The notes under the pieces are model-generated. The model was given only the letters and a program-made list of their open reading frames with translations. It ran no database searches and was not told the origin of the DNA. Positions 38,163 through 52,000 of a DNA stretch of 64,000 bases are shown here, piece by piece (within the stretch, counting starts at the first letter, position 1; each line of letters starts with the position of its first letter). Position numbers and translations under genes: made by a program. Source of the stretch: Camelus dromedarius. Lineage: Eukaryota. The stretch spans positions 77,564,001 through 77,628,000 of the forward strand of contig NC_087437.1 in assembly GCF_036321535.1 (NCBI RefSeq). The letters are read 5' to 3'.

Positions 38163-41100
38163 GTAAGAAATATGCAAAGCAGAAGCTAAACAGGCTGCTA
38201 GTCTCCTGATAGGAGGCAGCGTAGAAGGTCGGGCAGTGCTTCCTTGCCTGGTGTGGTGCTTCCCTGCAGCTCTTTAATTACCTCCAAGTTATAAATAATC
38301 GGAAGCTCATTAAAACTTGAACTTAAAAGAAGTCAGGAAGAAAGTCCTAAGTAATGACTTAATTTTAATATGAAGACACCACACAATTTGCCAGAGATTT
38401 ATTTCACCTTCCCTTATTTCATCTGCCCCAATTTTTTTCTTATTAATTAGTTGACTGTGGCAGAATCAGCACTGCTTTTTTTTTAACTTCTAGTTCTTTC
38501 TAGTTTGAAAAAAAAAAAGCTGTATAATTATAGTATATCATCAGTCAATCATTGGAATTGTTGCCTGGGACAGGACATGTTAGGCAGCCAGGTAAAAATG
38601 AACTTGTCATACATAAAAACACCAAGTCCAGCTCATTGTTAACAAAGCAAACTCTTTCTCCATAAAACTGGAAGAGACACACACATGTTGAGTTCTAGCA
38701 AAAAGGGTATCATCACTGTCCTTTATATGTACAGGAAGGAATTGAAGCATCCAGGGAACCAAGGAGGCAGCAGCTAGAAATCACTGTGATTAGAACTCCT
38801 GGCAGACCCTGGGCAGAGCTGTCCTGTAAGGTTTTCCAGTATTTGCTTCCATGATAATTTTGACTCAGATCAGCCATCGCCATCTTCCGTCAGCTGAAGG
38901 AGGCGCTTTACCTCTTTTGAAGACTGTGATATTAAAGTGTGCCTGTCTCTTCTGACCTTAAGCTATTGTTGTAGGGGAGGACTTTGTTCCTTCAAAATAA
39001 TGGTTTGTAGTTGGTGAGTTAATAAACAAAGACGTGTGAGCCGTGACAGGTACTCGGTGTGTGTGCACGCGTGTGTACATACATGCCACACGTGGGAAGG
39101 TGGGTCAGGAGTGATAGCAGTAGCCTGGGTAGCATGCGTTCGGAGCAGAGCGGGGGAGTCGTGGTGGTTTGCCATAGCTCTTTGCTAGTGACTCATCTGG
39201 GTACCTTTGGTCTTTTATCTGTTATCAGTGTGAAGGTCTGTAAAGGTTTTCTCCGGGGTCATCTACATGTGATGTAAATGGAAGCTTTGTGGATGCTAGC
39301 AACTTACTACCTCTTTGCTCCCAACTCCACTTACTTCCCTTGCTTTATGAAATGGAATATGGATAGTTTCTAGAATAGTTACCCTTCAAACATCTAAATT
39401 CCCAAAACCCTTGATTCTGGAGTAAAACCAGGAATAACAGCTGGACATAGAGTTTCAGAGTAAGTTGGCACAGTTGACATTTTCGTTCAAAATAGTTGTC
39501 CATTTTTAAAAATTTAAAAACCAAAATCATCATCTGTCATCTCTTTGAGCCCTGCCTCTCTCCTTTTATTGAGCACAGCTACTGACGGACACTTGGCAAG
39601 CGCTCAGTCACTGGGTTGCCCGGTTATTCCAGTTCTTAAGCTGATGATAGTGGAGAGAAGGGTATATTCATGCTGGGGTTGGAGGTGGGCGAGGGGCAGG
39701 AGAGGCTTGTAGGTGACGACATCTGTGATCGACAAGGAGTACGGGCAGTCTTTTTCATGTATTTTTCCAACGCTAGCCTTCAGCCAAAGGTAAAATGTCA
39801 TTTTCTTGTTTAAAATAGGATTTTTTACTCTTTTAGAAAAGTAATAATTTTCTATAGGTAGATCCTATATTCACAGTAAGGGGGTTTGACAAAGGAGAGG
39901 GGAGAAGAGGAAGAGGAAATGATTTAAAAAGAGTCATATTAATGAAGATGGTAAATGTTACAGGGTATTCTCACCCTCCATACCTAGTGTGCAGGTTTTA
40001 AAATTTTTTATCATGGGAATAAAGGGTATGGGGACTTAGATATTTGGAGGCTGATGTATTAGCTTCATATAACCCATCAGTCTCTCCAAATGTAAGCAAA
40101 TACATTTTTGTGTCACATAGTAACAACTGTTGTTTAGTTGTGTTCTCATTAAACACCTCAAGTTAAATATCATCTTCCCATTTTAAAGATAAGAAAGCTT
40201 AGGTGAGTGCTGCAGGCACATCTGGAATACCACAAGGGGAATTCATGAAACTAGACATCGTGTAAGTGGAGTGACGACCTTCTCCCCTTCACCTCATGTA
40301 CTCCGTCAGGGTGCCACTTCCCATCATTCGTTAGAACCATTTGGCCTTTTTATTTGCATCTTCACTGGATAAATTGTAAGGGAAACAAGAGTAAATTAAA
40401 TTCTAATTTCTCCATTTGCGAAAAAAGCCCTCAAAGTCATAGTTAAAATAAAGTGTAAGAATTTTCTGTGACTTTCATTTACTCCCTTTTCTCTTCCCCC
40501 TCCCACCTAGCATAATCAGATTAGCTAAGGTAATACTTTACTTTCAATACAAACCTGCAAGCTAACAGTTATTAGGTTTATTTATCTTGTTTTATTTTAT
40601 TGGTAATAGATTTCTTTCCTATAGGACTGTTTCCCTTCTCTGAAATTCTAGCCAGATTGTTGACCTGTTCCCTTAATAAATATTTTATTGGCTAGATATT
40701 GTTATTGTTGATTTGTTTGTTTTAATTATCTGAGGTGAAAATATTTACGCTAAAGTGTTTGCAGATATCATTGGAAACTTGAAATGTATCTCCTTATATC
40801 TAGATACTAACACTGTGTCCAACTGTATTTGTTCCTCTTGAAAGATTAAGAATGCTGCTGTTTCTTATGTGATAAAACCTATCTCTGACATGTCATGTTA
40901 CTTCTGGAGACATTGTTCTAAAATAACCCTGCATACAATAATCTGTTGAAGATGTTGCCAGATAAATACATCAAATGAGTCCACTTTTTGAGATTGTGGC
41001 TTTTGCTCTTTCGGTGGAGAGGCACATGTTTAGATGAATGACCTTAAACTTATCTGTGAATTCCAGGGGCTCTCTTTCAGAAAATAAGCCCTCTGTGTAC

Positions 41101-41499
41101 ACTGGTTTCATTTCGAATCTAATGTTGTCGAAGGATAAATTAACAGCGATATTTTTAGTATGGTGCACGTGTGGCTTCACACGTGCGGGATGAGGAAAAG
41201 GGGTTGTGTTCGGGATTTTGTACATGAAAAAGGTTTTTCTTGATTGTGCTAAGATTATCACAATAGTATTTGTTTTCCCTGCATCTCAAGGGTCCCAAAA
41301 TGCTTTAACCTTAATTTCTAGACACCATTGAATCACAAGAAAACATTTCCAACTTAAAATTTGGATAAAATGCTATCTTGAGGCATGTAGAAAAATACTA
41401 ATCTTGGACAACCTAGAGTTTATAATACATTATATGGTATCTCAGATTATACTTCCACAAGTCTAAATTTCCCTTAATGTATTTTTATTACTTCAACCT

Positions 41500-42060
41500 C
41501 TTTCAGTTAAATGAGTATTGAGGATGTTCAAGGTACTGTGGTGAATACAAAATGAGTAAAGCACAGTCTAGCGAGGGTAAGACACATATACGATTAACTA
41601 AGAGACAAGGCATAGGAGAAGCATCTGGAAGATATAATGTGGGATCCCCATGGGGGAAAAAACATTCTACTTGAGATGCAGGGTAAAAGAAGGAATAAAG
41701 AAAGCTTTTTGCAGGAGGGTCACTGGCTATAAACATTAAAAGGTTGGCAGGTGTTGTTTTGTAGATATGACCAGAAGGAAGAGCAGGGAGGTGGGAAGAT
41801 ACGGATGGGGCAGGGAGCCGGCTGAGGACAGACTGTGGGGCACACAGAGAGAGTAAACTCGGTGGGTGAAACTATGGCAAGGCAAACTGAAAGCAGTTAG
41901 GGAATGTGTCACACACTAAGTTATCTCTAGTGTGGTAGACAGATGAGAGCTTTTAAAGCTTTTTGGCAGCAGAGTGGTAGGACCAGAATATTCAAGTTGA
42001 TAGTATTCCCTGTGGAACTGTGGTAAATTTGGGACAGCGAGCTAGGAAGGCAGAAGAAAA
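41500..42060 (-). mobile_element. L2 remnant (diverged)
   Basis: Purine-rich L2-like antisense text (gagtattgaggat...aggtactgtggtgaatacaaaatgagta...cagtctag). Confidence 0.5.
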
Positions 42061-44217
42061 AATGTTGCTTTTGTTGAGAGTTCAGTGTACACTGCTTCAG
42101 TTGCTACTGTCAGTCTGCACATTTGAGGTTGTTTTTCCCTATTTGCAGACAGGCTTTTCAGATTTCCAGAGAACGTAAAAGATTTATTTTTAGCTCAGAA
42201 AGTTGTGACTTAGTGCGTGCCCTCAGGTAATGGCAGGTGAAATGATTTTAGGTTTAATGAAATGGGTGCAGGTGGGAACTTGGAGTTCAGAACGAAATAA
42301 TATTAAATCTTGTCGTCCAGTCACTTTGGATGAGCAGAAATATGAACATCACTTTAGTACCAGCATATTTAGGTCCTCTACTGTTTGCACACATGTATAA
42401 TGTAAGCCAGTCAGCAGTCAATATTCATTCAAGCCCTACTTTGTGTAAAGCATTGAAGGAATGTCCTATAAAATGAAGAAATCAGAGTCTATCCTGAAGG
42501 AGACTCATGTAGAACTAATACAACAGAAACTACTATCCCTGTATCTCCCTTTTACTTTATGACTGCTGACATTTTATTAGGTATCAAAGTATATTAGATA
42601 CGTGCTCATAATAAAATAAATAATTGTATATAATACCCATGTTACATTTTCCAAAATGAATTTTAAATGTATTTGTGTCAGAAACATCAAGGAGATTTGA
42701 TTACAGAAATGTTACTTTGTATCCATTTCAGCACCATGCACAGGACTCCAAATAAGGACGACTTTTTATGCCCCATTATCACAATGAGCATTTGTGGTTT
42801 GATACATGTATTTGTTGGTTGAAAGGGAATTTTTTATGTTAAAGGTTTTCTTGAGCTTTACAGTAATTAATATCTACATAGAAATTTCTTCTCTCCAACA
42901 AAGTTCAAAAAACTCTGTCTTGTTCTCTTATTTGGTCCTTAGTCAGAAACCTAAGATAAAATTAAGAATATCTTTTTGTCATAGTGTGTCTGTAGTGTAT
43001 TGAATCTAATGAGGGGAGACAAAAAAAGAACTCAGAGCTATAGCATAGGACTGATCTTTCGAGTGAAACTAATGCTATAAAATTTATATTGTGTAGCTTT
43101 GAAATACAAATATTGACATATTTCAAATGTATTTTTTAAACATGTTTCTTTTCTTATTTTAAGTTGATAGAGAAGGATACAGCTTTTTCACTGTGCATTC
43201 TAAAGCTTCAATACCGTTTTAGAACTATGATGGGCAGTGGCAGGGAAGAAATTGGCAGGTCATTGATTGGGTTATGTAGGACTATTAAAGTTATATTTCA
43301 TCCTTTTTGCCCCAAATTGGCCCCCAACTTTTAAATATGAACTAATAAGAGTTTGGAAAAGAACTTAATGATAAAACTCTAATGATTACTTAAAGGTCTT
43401 TAAATATGTTTAATTTTTTCTTGTAAATATGTCTTGGCAAAGTTACTCTCTTTTTTTCCTTTTAAACTGCTTTAATTTAAGTCATTGGATTGGTAAAGAG
43501 CAGTTGTTCAGACGGTTACAGTTCCTGTAATGTAACTGAGCAACCTGAATCAAAATTTCCGAATTCTGAGTAATCAGACACTGGCTCTCTGTGGTGCCTT
43601 AGAGGCAAGGTAACAGTTTTGATTTGTGTTGTTCCCACACTAAAAATTGTATTTAAAATGGCCTGCATTTAGAAAGCCGGACCAGGTCTCTAGTTACCAG
43701 TAGTGCTGAAGCTTCATCCTTGAAAGAACCAAAGGCATTTCTGATTGTACTCATGTTCGGTTTTGTTGAGAAGTTTACAAATGTTCTCTTTAATCTCAGC
43801 GAGACACAATTCAGAACAGTTTCATTTGGGAGGGATTGAAATAAGAATCGCACCGGTGCTGGTTTTTCTTTACTGAATCCTTACAGAGATGCTAATTTTT
43901 CAATAAAAACTGATCATGTTTGGAGACTTCTGCTATTCATTTATTTAGCTGTCTCCATCTGATTTATAGAAATTACAGCATTTCCTATCAGTATGTTTAA
44001 GAACCATGTTGCATTTTTTTCACGTAACTTGGTACTACTTTGGGTGGTGGTGAATAATCACTAGGGTGCTCCTAACTCCTAAGTAAATGCTGTATTTCAC
44101 TTGTTTAAATAAACAACTTATATGTTCTTTTCACAATTATAGGTTGTCTAAGAGCTGCTGTTGTTTTAAGGTCCCCCAAGAATTAAATTCTAAACTAACC
44201 CTTTGATTTCCTTTCAG

Positions 44218-44312
44218 GTCTTTTCCAATGGTCACCTGGGGAGTGAAGAGTATGACGTTCCTCCCCGGCTTTCTCCTCCCCCTCCAGCTGCCACCCTTCT
44301 TCCCAGCATCAA
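44218..44312 (+). CDS. CBLB: CBLB exon 13 ([32 protein letters not shown]), includes YDVP motif
   Basis: Branch-like CTAAC 44195-44199, acceptor tttcAG (44216-44217), donor GTGAGT at 44313; 95 nt, phase 0-2. Confidence 0.96.
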
Positions 44313-44499
44313 GTGAGTTGTATTGAATTTGGAGATTATTTGTCCGTGCGTAGAGATGTTGTAAGTAGTGGTTTTGAGTGTCTCAGGACGGAAAGTACGG
44401 GGTGACTAGCAATGCATCGGTGGGAATGATCCAGCTGGATTTAGAAAGTAAAGCACCAGAAATCAAGATCCTTTCTGATTCTTTGCTGCTAACTACAGC

Positions 44500-45560
44500 A
44501 TTGAAGAGACTTCCCAACATGCTAAGATCGCTTTCTCTCTGTTGCTTTACATGCTAAGTCCTCCCAGCATCCAAGACGAAGCTCGAGTAGCGCCGTGAGC
44601 TCTCCGTCCAATTCACCTCTCTTCCTCAGAGGTGTCATGTCTGTCCCAAATACCCAGTTTGACATCATAAAATCATCTGTGGCTCTTCCAGTCTTCTCAT
44701 CTCTCAAATCCATTCAGCCACTAAAATCCTGTTGACTTTTAAAGTTTTTTTACATCCAGCTAATCTCCCCTATTGCCCTGGTTTTGCCTCATAACTGGAC
44801 AACTGAAAGAGGTTTGTACCTGATCATATGATATGATCTCAGAACTAATATCGATGGCTTATAAAGCTAGAAAAACGAGTTAACCGAGGTGTCTCACTTG
44901 AAAGTGGGGCACAAGAGGCACGTCAGGCCAGTGCTGTTACCTGCCCACATCAAACCAGGGTGAAGCCGAGTCTCCTGATTCCCATTTTCCTCTTTATATT
45001 AAATCAAGCTGCCTGTCTTTCCTCCAGTATAGTTAGTTCACACACCTGATGTAATTTAAATTCTGCTTTCTGACCACTTTCCTACTCAAAACCCAGCATT
45101 GTTCTTTCCTGCCTTCTAATTTAATTCTGTGCTCTCCTGCTATCAGTAAGATCCACAGAATTTTACCCAACTAAAACATCGTTCAGTGATTCCTAATGCT
45201 TTCCCTCCAGTCCTGTCTTGATTTTTTCCCCCTCTGGTTTTGTGAGTCTTTCATGCTGTTGCCTCCTGTGCACCACTTTTCAGAATCTTTATTCTAAAGA
45301 TCCATGTCTCAGGCTCTGTTTCTTTATAAAATCTTCTGTGACTTCAGTCATAATGGTTCTCCTTCCTCCTCCTAGAGTTTATTTTGTACACATTTAATTA
45401 TGCACTTTGTGCTACTGTTCTCTAATATAAAAGTGCCTCTCCACATTAAAAAGATAAGATTTGCAGGGTAAAACCCTTTTCTTATCAACTCTGATTCTCC
45501 CTTAACACCTTACTTTGTTAGCTGTTTAGTGAGTATACTGAGAACACCTGGTTGCTTGGT
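44500..45560 (+). mobile_element. L2 remnant with an interrupting MIR-like piece
   Basis: tctctcaaatccattcagccactaaaatcctgttgact and L2 3'-end-like text near 45440-45560; boundaries approximate. Confidence 0.45.
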
Positions 45561-46527
45561 TGGTTGACTTTATTATCTGCTAAGATCCCCTTTTCTAGTT
45601 GAAAGTCTTAGAGCACCTTCACTCCTTCCTCTGCTGATCACTGAACGCAAGAGAATGAGAAGCTGAATACCAGCTTCCAAGAAATTGACAGTCTGCTTTA
45701 AAATAGTTAGCATACATGAAATTATAAGAGAACGTTATACAGTAAGTTGTATGAATCTGACTTGTTAGTTTTTATATAAGCTTGGAGGAATGGCTGTTAA
45801 AGACTTGGTAAGTCAAGGATGTTTTATAGAGAGGATGGAAATTTCCTGAGTCATGGAGGATGGGCACAATTGGGGAAAGGTGTGCATGAGAAAAAGCAAG
45901 AGTGTGAAATTGGACATCATTTAGGGAACAGTGGGAAACTAACCTAATGGGACGGTTCTCCAGTGGCCACTTTTCTTGGTGCTGCTGGATATGTAGCAGA
46001 CATAGAAGTTAGAGGCAAATGCACATACTCTGTGTAGTAGGATCTACATCAGTGATAACATGATGCTGTAGCCTCGCATGAACTCTGGATATATGTGTAT
46101 ATAATTAAAACATCTAAGCTGCTGATTCAGAGAACATCAGAAAATGAAGTAAATGAAATCTTGCTAATTAGAGATAAAAATTTTACATTCTGTTTATTAA
46201 ATTCATATTGGCAAGTGGGATAAGAAGCAGGGGTTACAGTTCGCTTCATTCATAGTTAATACTAAGTGCTTAATTCTGTAAATAAAGAACAACAAATGCA
46301 TAGAAAGATGCATTTTATTGATATTTTTCTAATACTTAAGCTTATATATGCATGTGGATATACTTTCTCCTAATTTACTCTTGATTTTTTGCCTCAGAAA
46401 CAATGCAGTTGCTTTGCTTAACCAGAGAAATACTTTAACAGTGAATTGGTAACAGCAAATTAGTTTTCTGTTTTGTACTGCACATTAATAGTTAACAATA
46501 GAAGTGTTGGCTTTTAACGGCTTATTT

Positions 46528-46731
46528 TTTTGGTTTTTGGTTTTTTTATTGACATATAGTCAGTTACAGTGTGTCCGTTTCTGGTGTGCAGCACAGTGTC
46601 CCAGTCACGTATATACATACACACACAGATATATTTGTTTTCATATTTTTTCATTAAAGCTTATTATAAGATACTGAATATAGTTCCCTGTGCTATACAG
46701 AAGAAATTTATTTCTTATCTATTTTTATATA
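46528..46731 (-). mobile_element. 5'-truncated L1 3' end
   Basis: Same family as 24280 and 63528 (gaatatagttccctgtgctatacag); imperfect TSD TTAACGGCTTATTT 46514-46527 / TTAATGGCATGTTT 46732-46745. Confidence 0.88.
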
Positions 46732-48482
46732 TTAATGGCATGTTTATCTCTCCATTTTATTTTTTATTTTGCCATATAGGTAGCAGTTGTTTAGAAAATA
46801 TGGCAAATATATAAAAAGGAAAAAATTAAATACAAGCATATACATACTGCAACTATCAGTGCCCAGAGTTTTAACATTTTGACATTTTTTCACTTTAGAT
46901 TTGTTATGTGATTTAGATTACATTGTAGAGATAATTTCATGCCTTCCTTTGTTGCTTAATATTTTAATAAGCATTTTTCTTAATCATTTATGCTGCACTG
47001 TATTTATTATGAAACCAGCATGTAATTGTGAACATTAAAATAAAATCACATTTGGTCCCAGACGTTACTCCAGCATTAAGTATTTGTCTGTCTTTGAAAA
47101 AGGTAACTGCCTTAGGTTTCACTTTTTCCGTCTGTTTATCTTAAATGATCTCTAAAATCCTTTCGAGCTTCAACTTTTTAGGTTCCATATATGTTATTTT
47201 AAGGGGCTGTCATCCTTAGTGTTAATTATATATGAAGTACTTGGAAACGTGAATGTTCATTTATAGTTGGTTGCATACCATTTCTGAAGCCAGTGTAAGT
47301 TGGATTCCTGCTCTGAGTTTGCTTTGATTTTGATGTCTTGTCTACCTCAGCTTCATTAGAGTGTTTAACCAGAGTACAGTGAGTAAAGACACTGAGCTCT
47401 GTAGGGGCACAGAATAGTCTTAGCAAAATGTCACTCAGTGAAATAGGGATATTGGTTGCTCAGGTACCTGTTTCCATGTTAGGGTCTGTCTTAGTGCATG
47501 TTTCAAAATTAGGCCAAAGCCAGAAAAACAAACCAAAACACACAAAACAAAACAAATTGCCACCCAACATAGACCCTGACAGTTCTCACAAATGTTGAAA
47601 ATCCCAATGTTGAATTCAGTAATGTCAAAGCTAACATTTACCTTTAAATCTATACTGTGTTATTATAAATATTCATTGAAGTGTATTGGTAAATTATTTG
47701 ATTACTCTGATTCCCATTATACTGATAGAAGAGGTGACTCTGATAGTGTTTACTTTCTTGTAAAATAGTGTGTTTGCAATTATGTGACTTTTATTGTGTA
47801 ATTTACCTGGAGACCTAGAAAAATATTGAATTTATTTTTTTTAGATATTCTGTAGTAAAAGTAAGCTGAAATTGTACTAGTATGTATGGATTTACTTATT
47901 TTTCTTAAATAGTTTACTTATTTTTCTTAAAAACTTGGCCTTAACCAAGTTGATTGACATTCAGCTATAAATTTTTAAATAACAGCTTGAAACATGGGTG
48001 ATTGTAATTTTTTAGGGGAAGAATGAAAAAAATTATGTGGATTATTTTTACATGTAGTGTCAATTTTTACTAAATTATATTTATCTTGAAATAATTTGAT
48101 CTTTTGAAACTAAACAAAATGAAACCTGAAACAGTTAAAAATATTTATTTTACTTGACACAAGATATTGGCAAATAAGCAAAGGAATTATCATAATAATG
48201 GAATAATTACTTCCAGGTGAGATAATGTTCTGGAATGCTGAAGAATGCCAATTTTGTTTTAGACAAATATTTTTCTTGTGCCTTGTCTTTTAGAAATGGA
48301 CCTTTTGACATGTTAATCTTAAGCTTTCAAATACACGTGAATCACTATTCATATTTTTGTAGAAAGGGTTTTTTGTGGTTGGAGGTGGTGGCGTTGATCT
48401 TTGTATTTTTTCTAAACCGATAGATAGGGTGCTAATATTTTAAGCTCAATGCGTAGAGAATCCAGATTTTGCCTATCATACT

Positions 48483-49397
48483 TTCATTCAGCCGTGTGTA
48501 CTGGAGATTCAGAGTGAACAAGATAAAATCCTATCCTCTTTGGGATTCGTGCTCTAGTTAGGGCAAGCCAAAAGGGAACAAGTAACTCAAGTATACTGTC
48601 AGGTAGTGGTAATGCCAGGAGGAAAAATAAAGCAGGGAAAGGGGTAGTGATAGGCAGGTTTACACTTTAGGTAAGGTCATCAGGAAAGGTCATTGAACAG
48701 AAACCCAAAAGAAGCAGGAGAGCAAGCCATGAGGTGGTCTGAGCAAAAAACAAAAAAAAGAGAACTGGAGTGCAAAACAGTGAGGCAGGTGGATCCTTTC
48801 GGCATATCTGAAGTACCTGAAGAACAACAAGAAGGGCAGGGGGGCTGGAGCTGAATAAGATCTTGCAGGAGCTAAATCGTGTACTGCCTTTAGAGCACGG
48901 TAAGGACTCCGGTTAGTTTTAGGAACTGTCGGAAGGTTTTGATCAATGTTACATGATGCTGGTTTGTGTTTTTAAAGAGTTTCACTGGCTGCTATGTGAA
49001 GAATTGTCTTTAGGACAGCAGAAGTGGGAGCAGGGAAGTCAATGGAGAGTGCAGTCATCTGATGTGGTGGACCAGTCAGGTACAGTCAGGGCTTTGACTG
49101 GAATGATAGCGATGGAGTTACATGGTCAGCTTCGGGTTGTATCTTGACCCAACAGTACAGTACCTGTTAATAAACTGGATGTCTGTGAGGTGATATGTCA
49201 GGGATGACTCTTGTATGGGTTTTTGGCTAAAGAAACTGGATGAATGCGTTGGTGCCATTTACCAAAGATAGGGAGAAGATAGAAGGAGCAGGTATGGGAA
49301 GGCAGCAGAGGTGGTAAAATTTATGGATCTTTTGAGTTTCAGATGCCTGTTAAGCACACACATCCAAAGTGACGTCAAGGGACAGTTGGATGTACCA
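48483..49397 (-). mobile_element. L2 remnant
   Basis: Antisense L2 3' motifs (ttcattca...gtgaacaagata; gagtttcagatgcctgtt...catccaaagtga...cagttggat). Confidence 0.75.
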
Positions 49398-51519
49398 TCT
49401 AAGCTTTAAACTTTACATTGTATCCGAGTACCTATTTCCGTAGGTTCTATCTAAAGTTGATAAATTCATTTCCACATGCCCACTGCCCAAATTTGGTAGA
49501 TTAATTACACTCTTAGGCATATGAATATAATCCTGTAATATTTTTTAAACAATATAGAAATAGATATTAAAATAACACCGTTAAAACGGTATCATTTACC
49601 CCTGTAATGTTGATATTGTAGAAAGCATATTTAGAACATTTCTGTGTAGTAAAATCTTAGTATACATTGTCTATCTTTTATGACCATAATCTCCCTTTAT
49701 ATACCAAATTGCTGGGGAAAACAGACTAGAAATGAGGATTTGTGAATGTAGCCTCAACCACTACCACCTTCCAGTGAGCTACCCAGGAGGTCCACCCCCC
49801 CAGACAGCACAGACAGCACCGGCGTCCGGGCCTGCAGGTGTGCACCTGAGGGTGGCTGTCTTAAAACCACGGCTGAGATGGTCTGTAGAGAAGTGCAAAA
49901 TGATAAAACTGGGCTGATTTGACCGAAGTGCTGGTTCAGATTCATCGGAGAGGGGAAGTATTTGTTTTGTTTTTGACTGAGGAGTGAAAGACAGAGAAAG
50001 AAGAGGAAAAAAAGTACTAAGCCACAGGAGTTATTAAAACAAACATCACATTTTAATTCTTAAAAACTGAAGGGAAATAAACTTGATGGAAAATTTTCAT
50101 CTTTGATACAGTACCTACCGGGCTCTGTTATTTACGCTTAATGGCAGAAGAGCAGGAAAACATTCTCTGTTATTGTTCACCTAAGAATTTGTGTAGACAA
50201 TGTGCACTTCAGTTTTACACCAACCCTGTTTATGTTCAATGATAAGAAATTAATATTGATTTAAAGATAAGAAAATATGGTAGAAAACTTTTAAGTGGCA
50301 GATGAAGCTATAATTAAGAGCACTCTTAACCCTAGTGAATGAACAGGGATGTTCTTTTATCAACTTTTGAACCAGCTTTCCTTCTAGTACCTTAAAGTCT
50401 TTTAAAGACTTGCAAAGATGATGCACTATTTTTGTTTGTTTGACCTTGGGGAGATGCACCATTATTGAAGACAGCAGTCCTTTGTAAGGAACGATTGACA
50501 TGACAGATGCAGGATGCTGTGGGATGGGTCCTTCTTTTCAATTTGTTCATTATGACTGCTGGGGCACTCTTCTCTCATTGATGTATCATGTAGAAATGCT
50601 TGTGCATTCAGTCTTGACCTACTGAAATGACTCAGTCTTTGAAACTCAGACTTTATTTTTTCTGCATATTCTTATTGATTTATAAATTAAGTTTTGTTCA
50701 CATCTCCTGCAGAGCAGCTTGGCCATCCTAGCGTAGGTTTTCTGATGTGTTGTAGTGAGTCCCTAGAACCTACTTACTGACACACTGGTGAAAAGAATTG
50801 AGGGCTGCAAGTATTTATTTCATTTTAAACTAGCCTCAGCAGAAGGAGCAATAGTGTGTGGAGAGGGTACAGAGTAAATATCATGGGCACTGTTTTTCTC
50901 CTTTTCACTTTAGTGTTGTAATTTCTAAATTCAGAGAGAATTCTAATCCCCCTCTCTTCCTCTGTGGGAAAGTGACCTTTGGAGGAGGGCTGTAATCGGG
51001 GTGAGGGGATGCCACAAATGCCACTGATCTTTCATTTTCTCTGACTAAAAGCTAAGATGAAAACCGATATTAACATTAATCCCAGTAGTCTGACAAATCT
51101 GTTACTTGTAATTTACCATAAAACTGATTTAGGATCACAAATAATTAGGTAGCCTTAAACAGAAATATGAGCCACTGGATTCTATTTAAATATGCGATCT
51201 AAGTTCTGTTACTGATACTGTCTCTCTTTTGTCCCATGGAGACATGATCTACTGTATAGTCTCCATTTTTCCATGAACAGGTTGAGCCATTCATGGAAAA
51301 TGTGTAGAGTTAAAATGAGATTTTACTTTCACATTAAGTGAGGGCATCTTGGCATATTCCACCAGGTCCAAGCATTTCTTGTGTTTCTGTTGTCATTTCT
51401 TTGTAGGCTCAAATGGAATTAGATAAATAATTTGAAAGCCACTAGGGATATTAAGCGTACATGCTTATCTGGAATATCTTAAATGAATTAAAATGAATTT
51501 TTAACCTTAAAGTGAAATT

Positions 51520-52000
51520 TTCCAGTTGTTAAAGCATAATTTATGTACACTAAAATTCACCCCATACAGTTTTGTGAGTTTTGGCAAATGCATATTCATG
51601 TAATCACCATCACAATCAAGATACAGAACAGTTCCATCACTCTGAAAGAATCCCTGTGCCTTCTGTCAGTTTCTCCCTTTACCCTAAACCCATGGAAATT
51701 AGCAATCTGATTTATGTCCATATAGTTTTGCTTTTCCCAGGACATATAAATAGAATCATACAGTAATTTTTGAGTTTAAATTTTGATGTTGGCTTCTTTC
51801 TGCTTAGCACAATGTGTTTGATATTCACCAACATTGTGAAGTGTATCAATAGTTTGTACCTTTTTCATTGCTCAGAGTAAGTATTCCATTGTAAAAACAA
51901 ACTATGGTTTGTTTATCCTTCCACTGAGGGACATTTGGGTTGTATACAGTTATTGGTGATTGTAAATATTGCCACTTTAAATATCATCATGAAGTTTTTA
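51520..52000 (-). mobile_element. Old L1M (L1MB8/L1ME-like) 3' end
   Basis: catgtaatcaccatcacaatcaagatacagaacagttccatcac...gggacatttgggttgt motifs. Confidence 0.8.
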
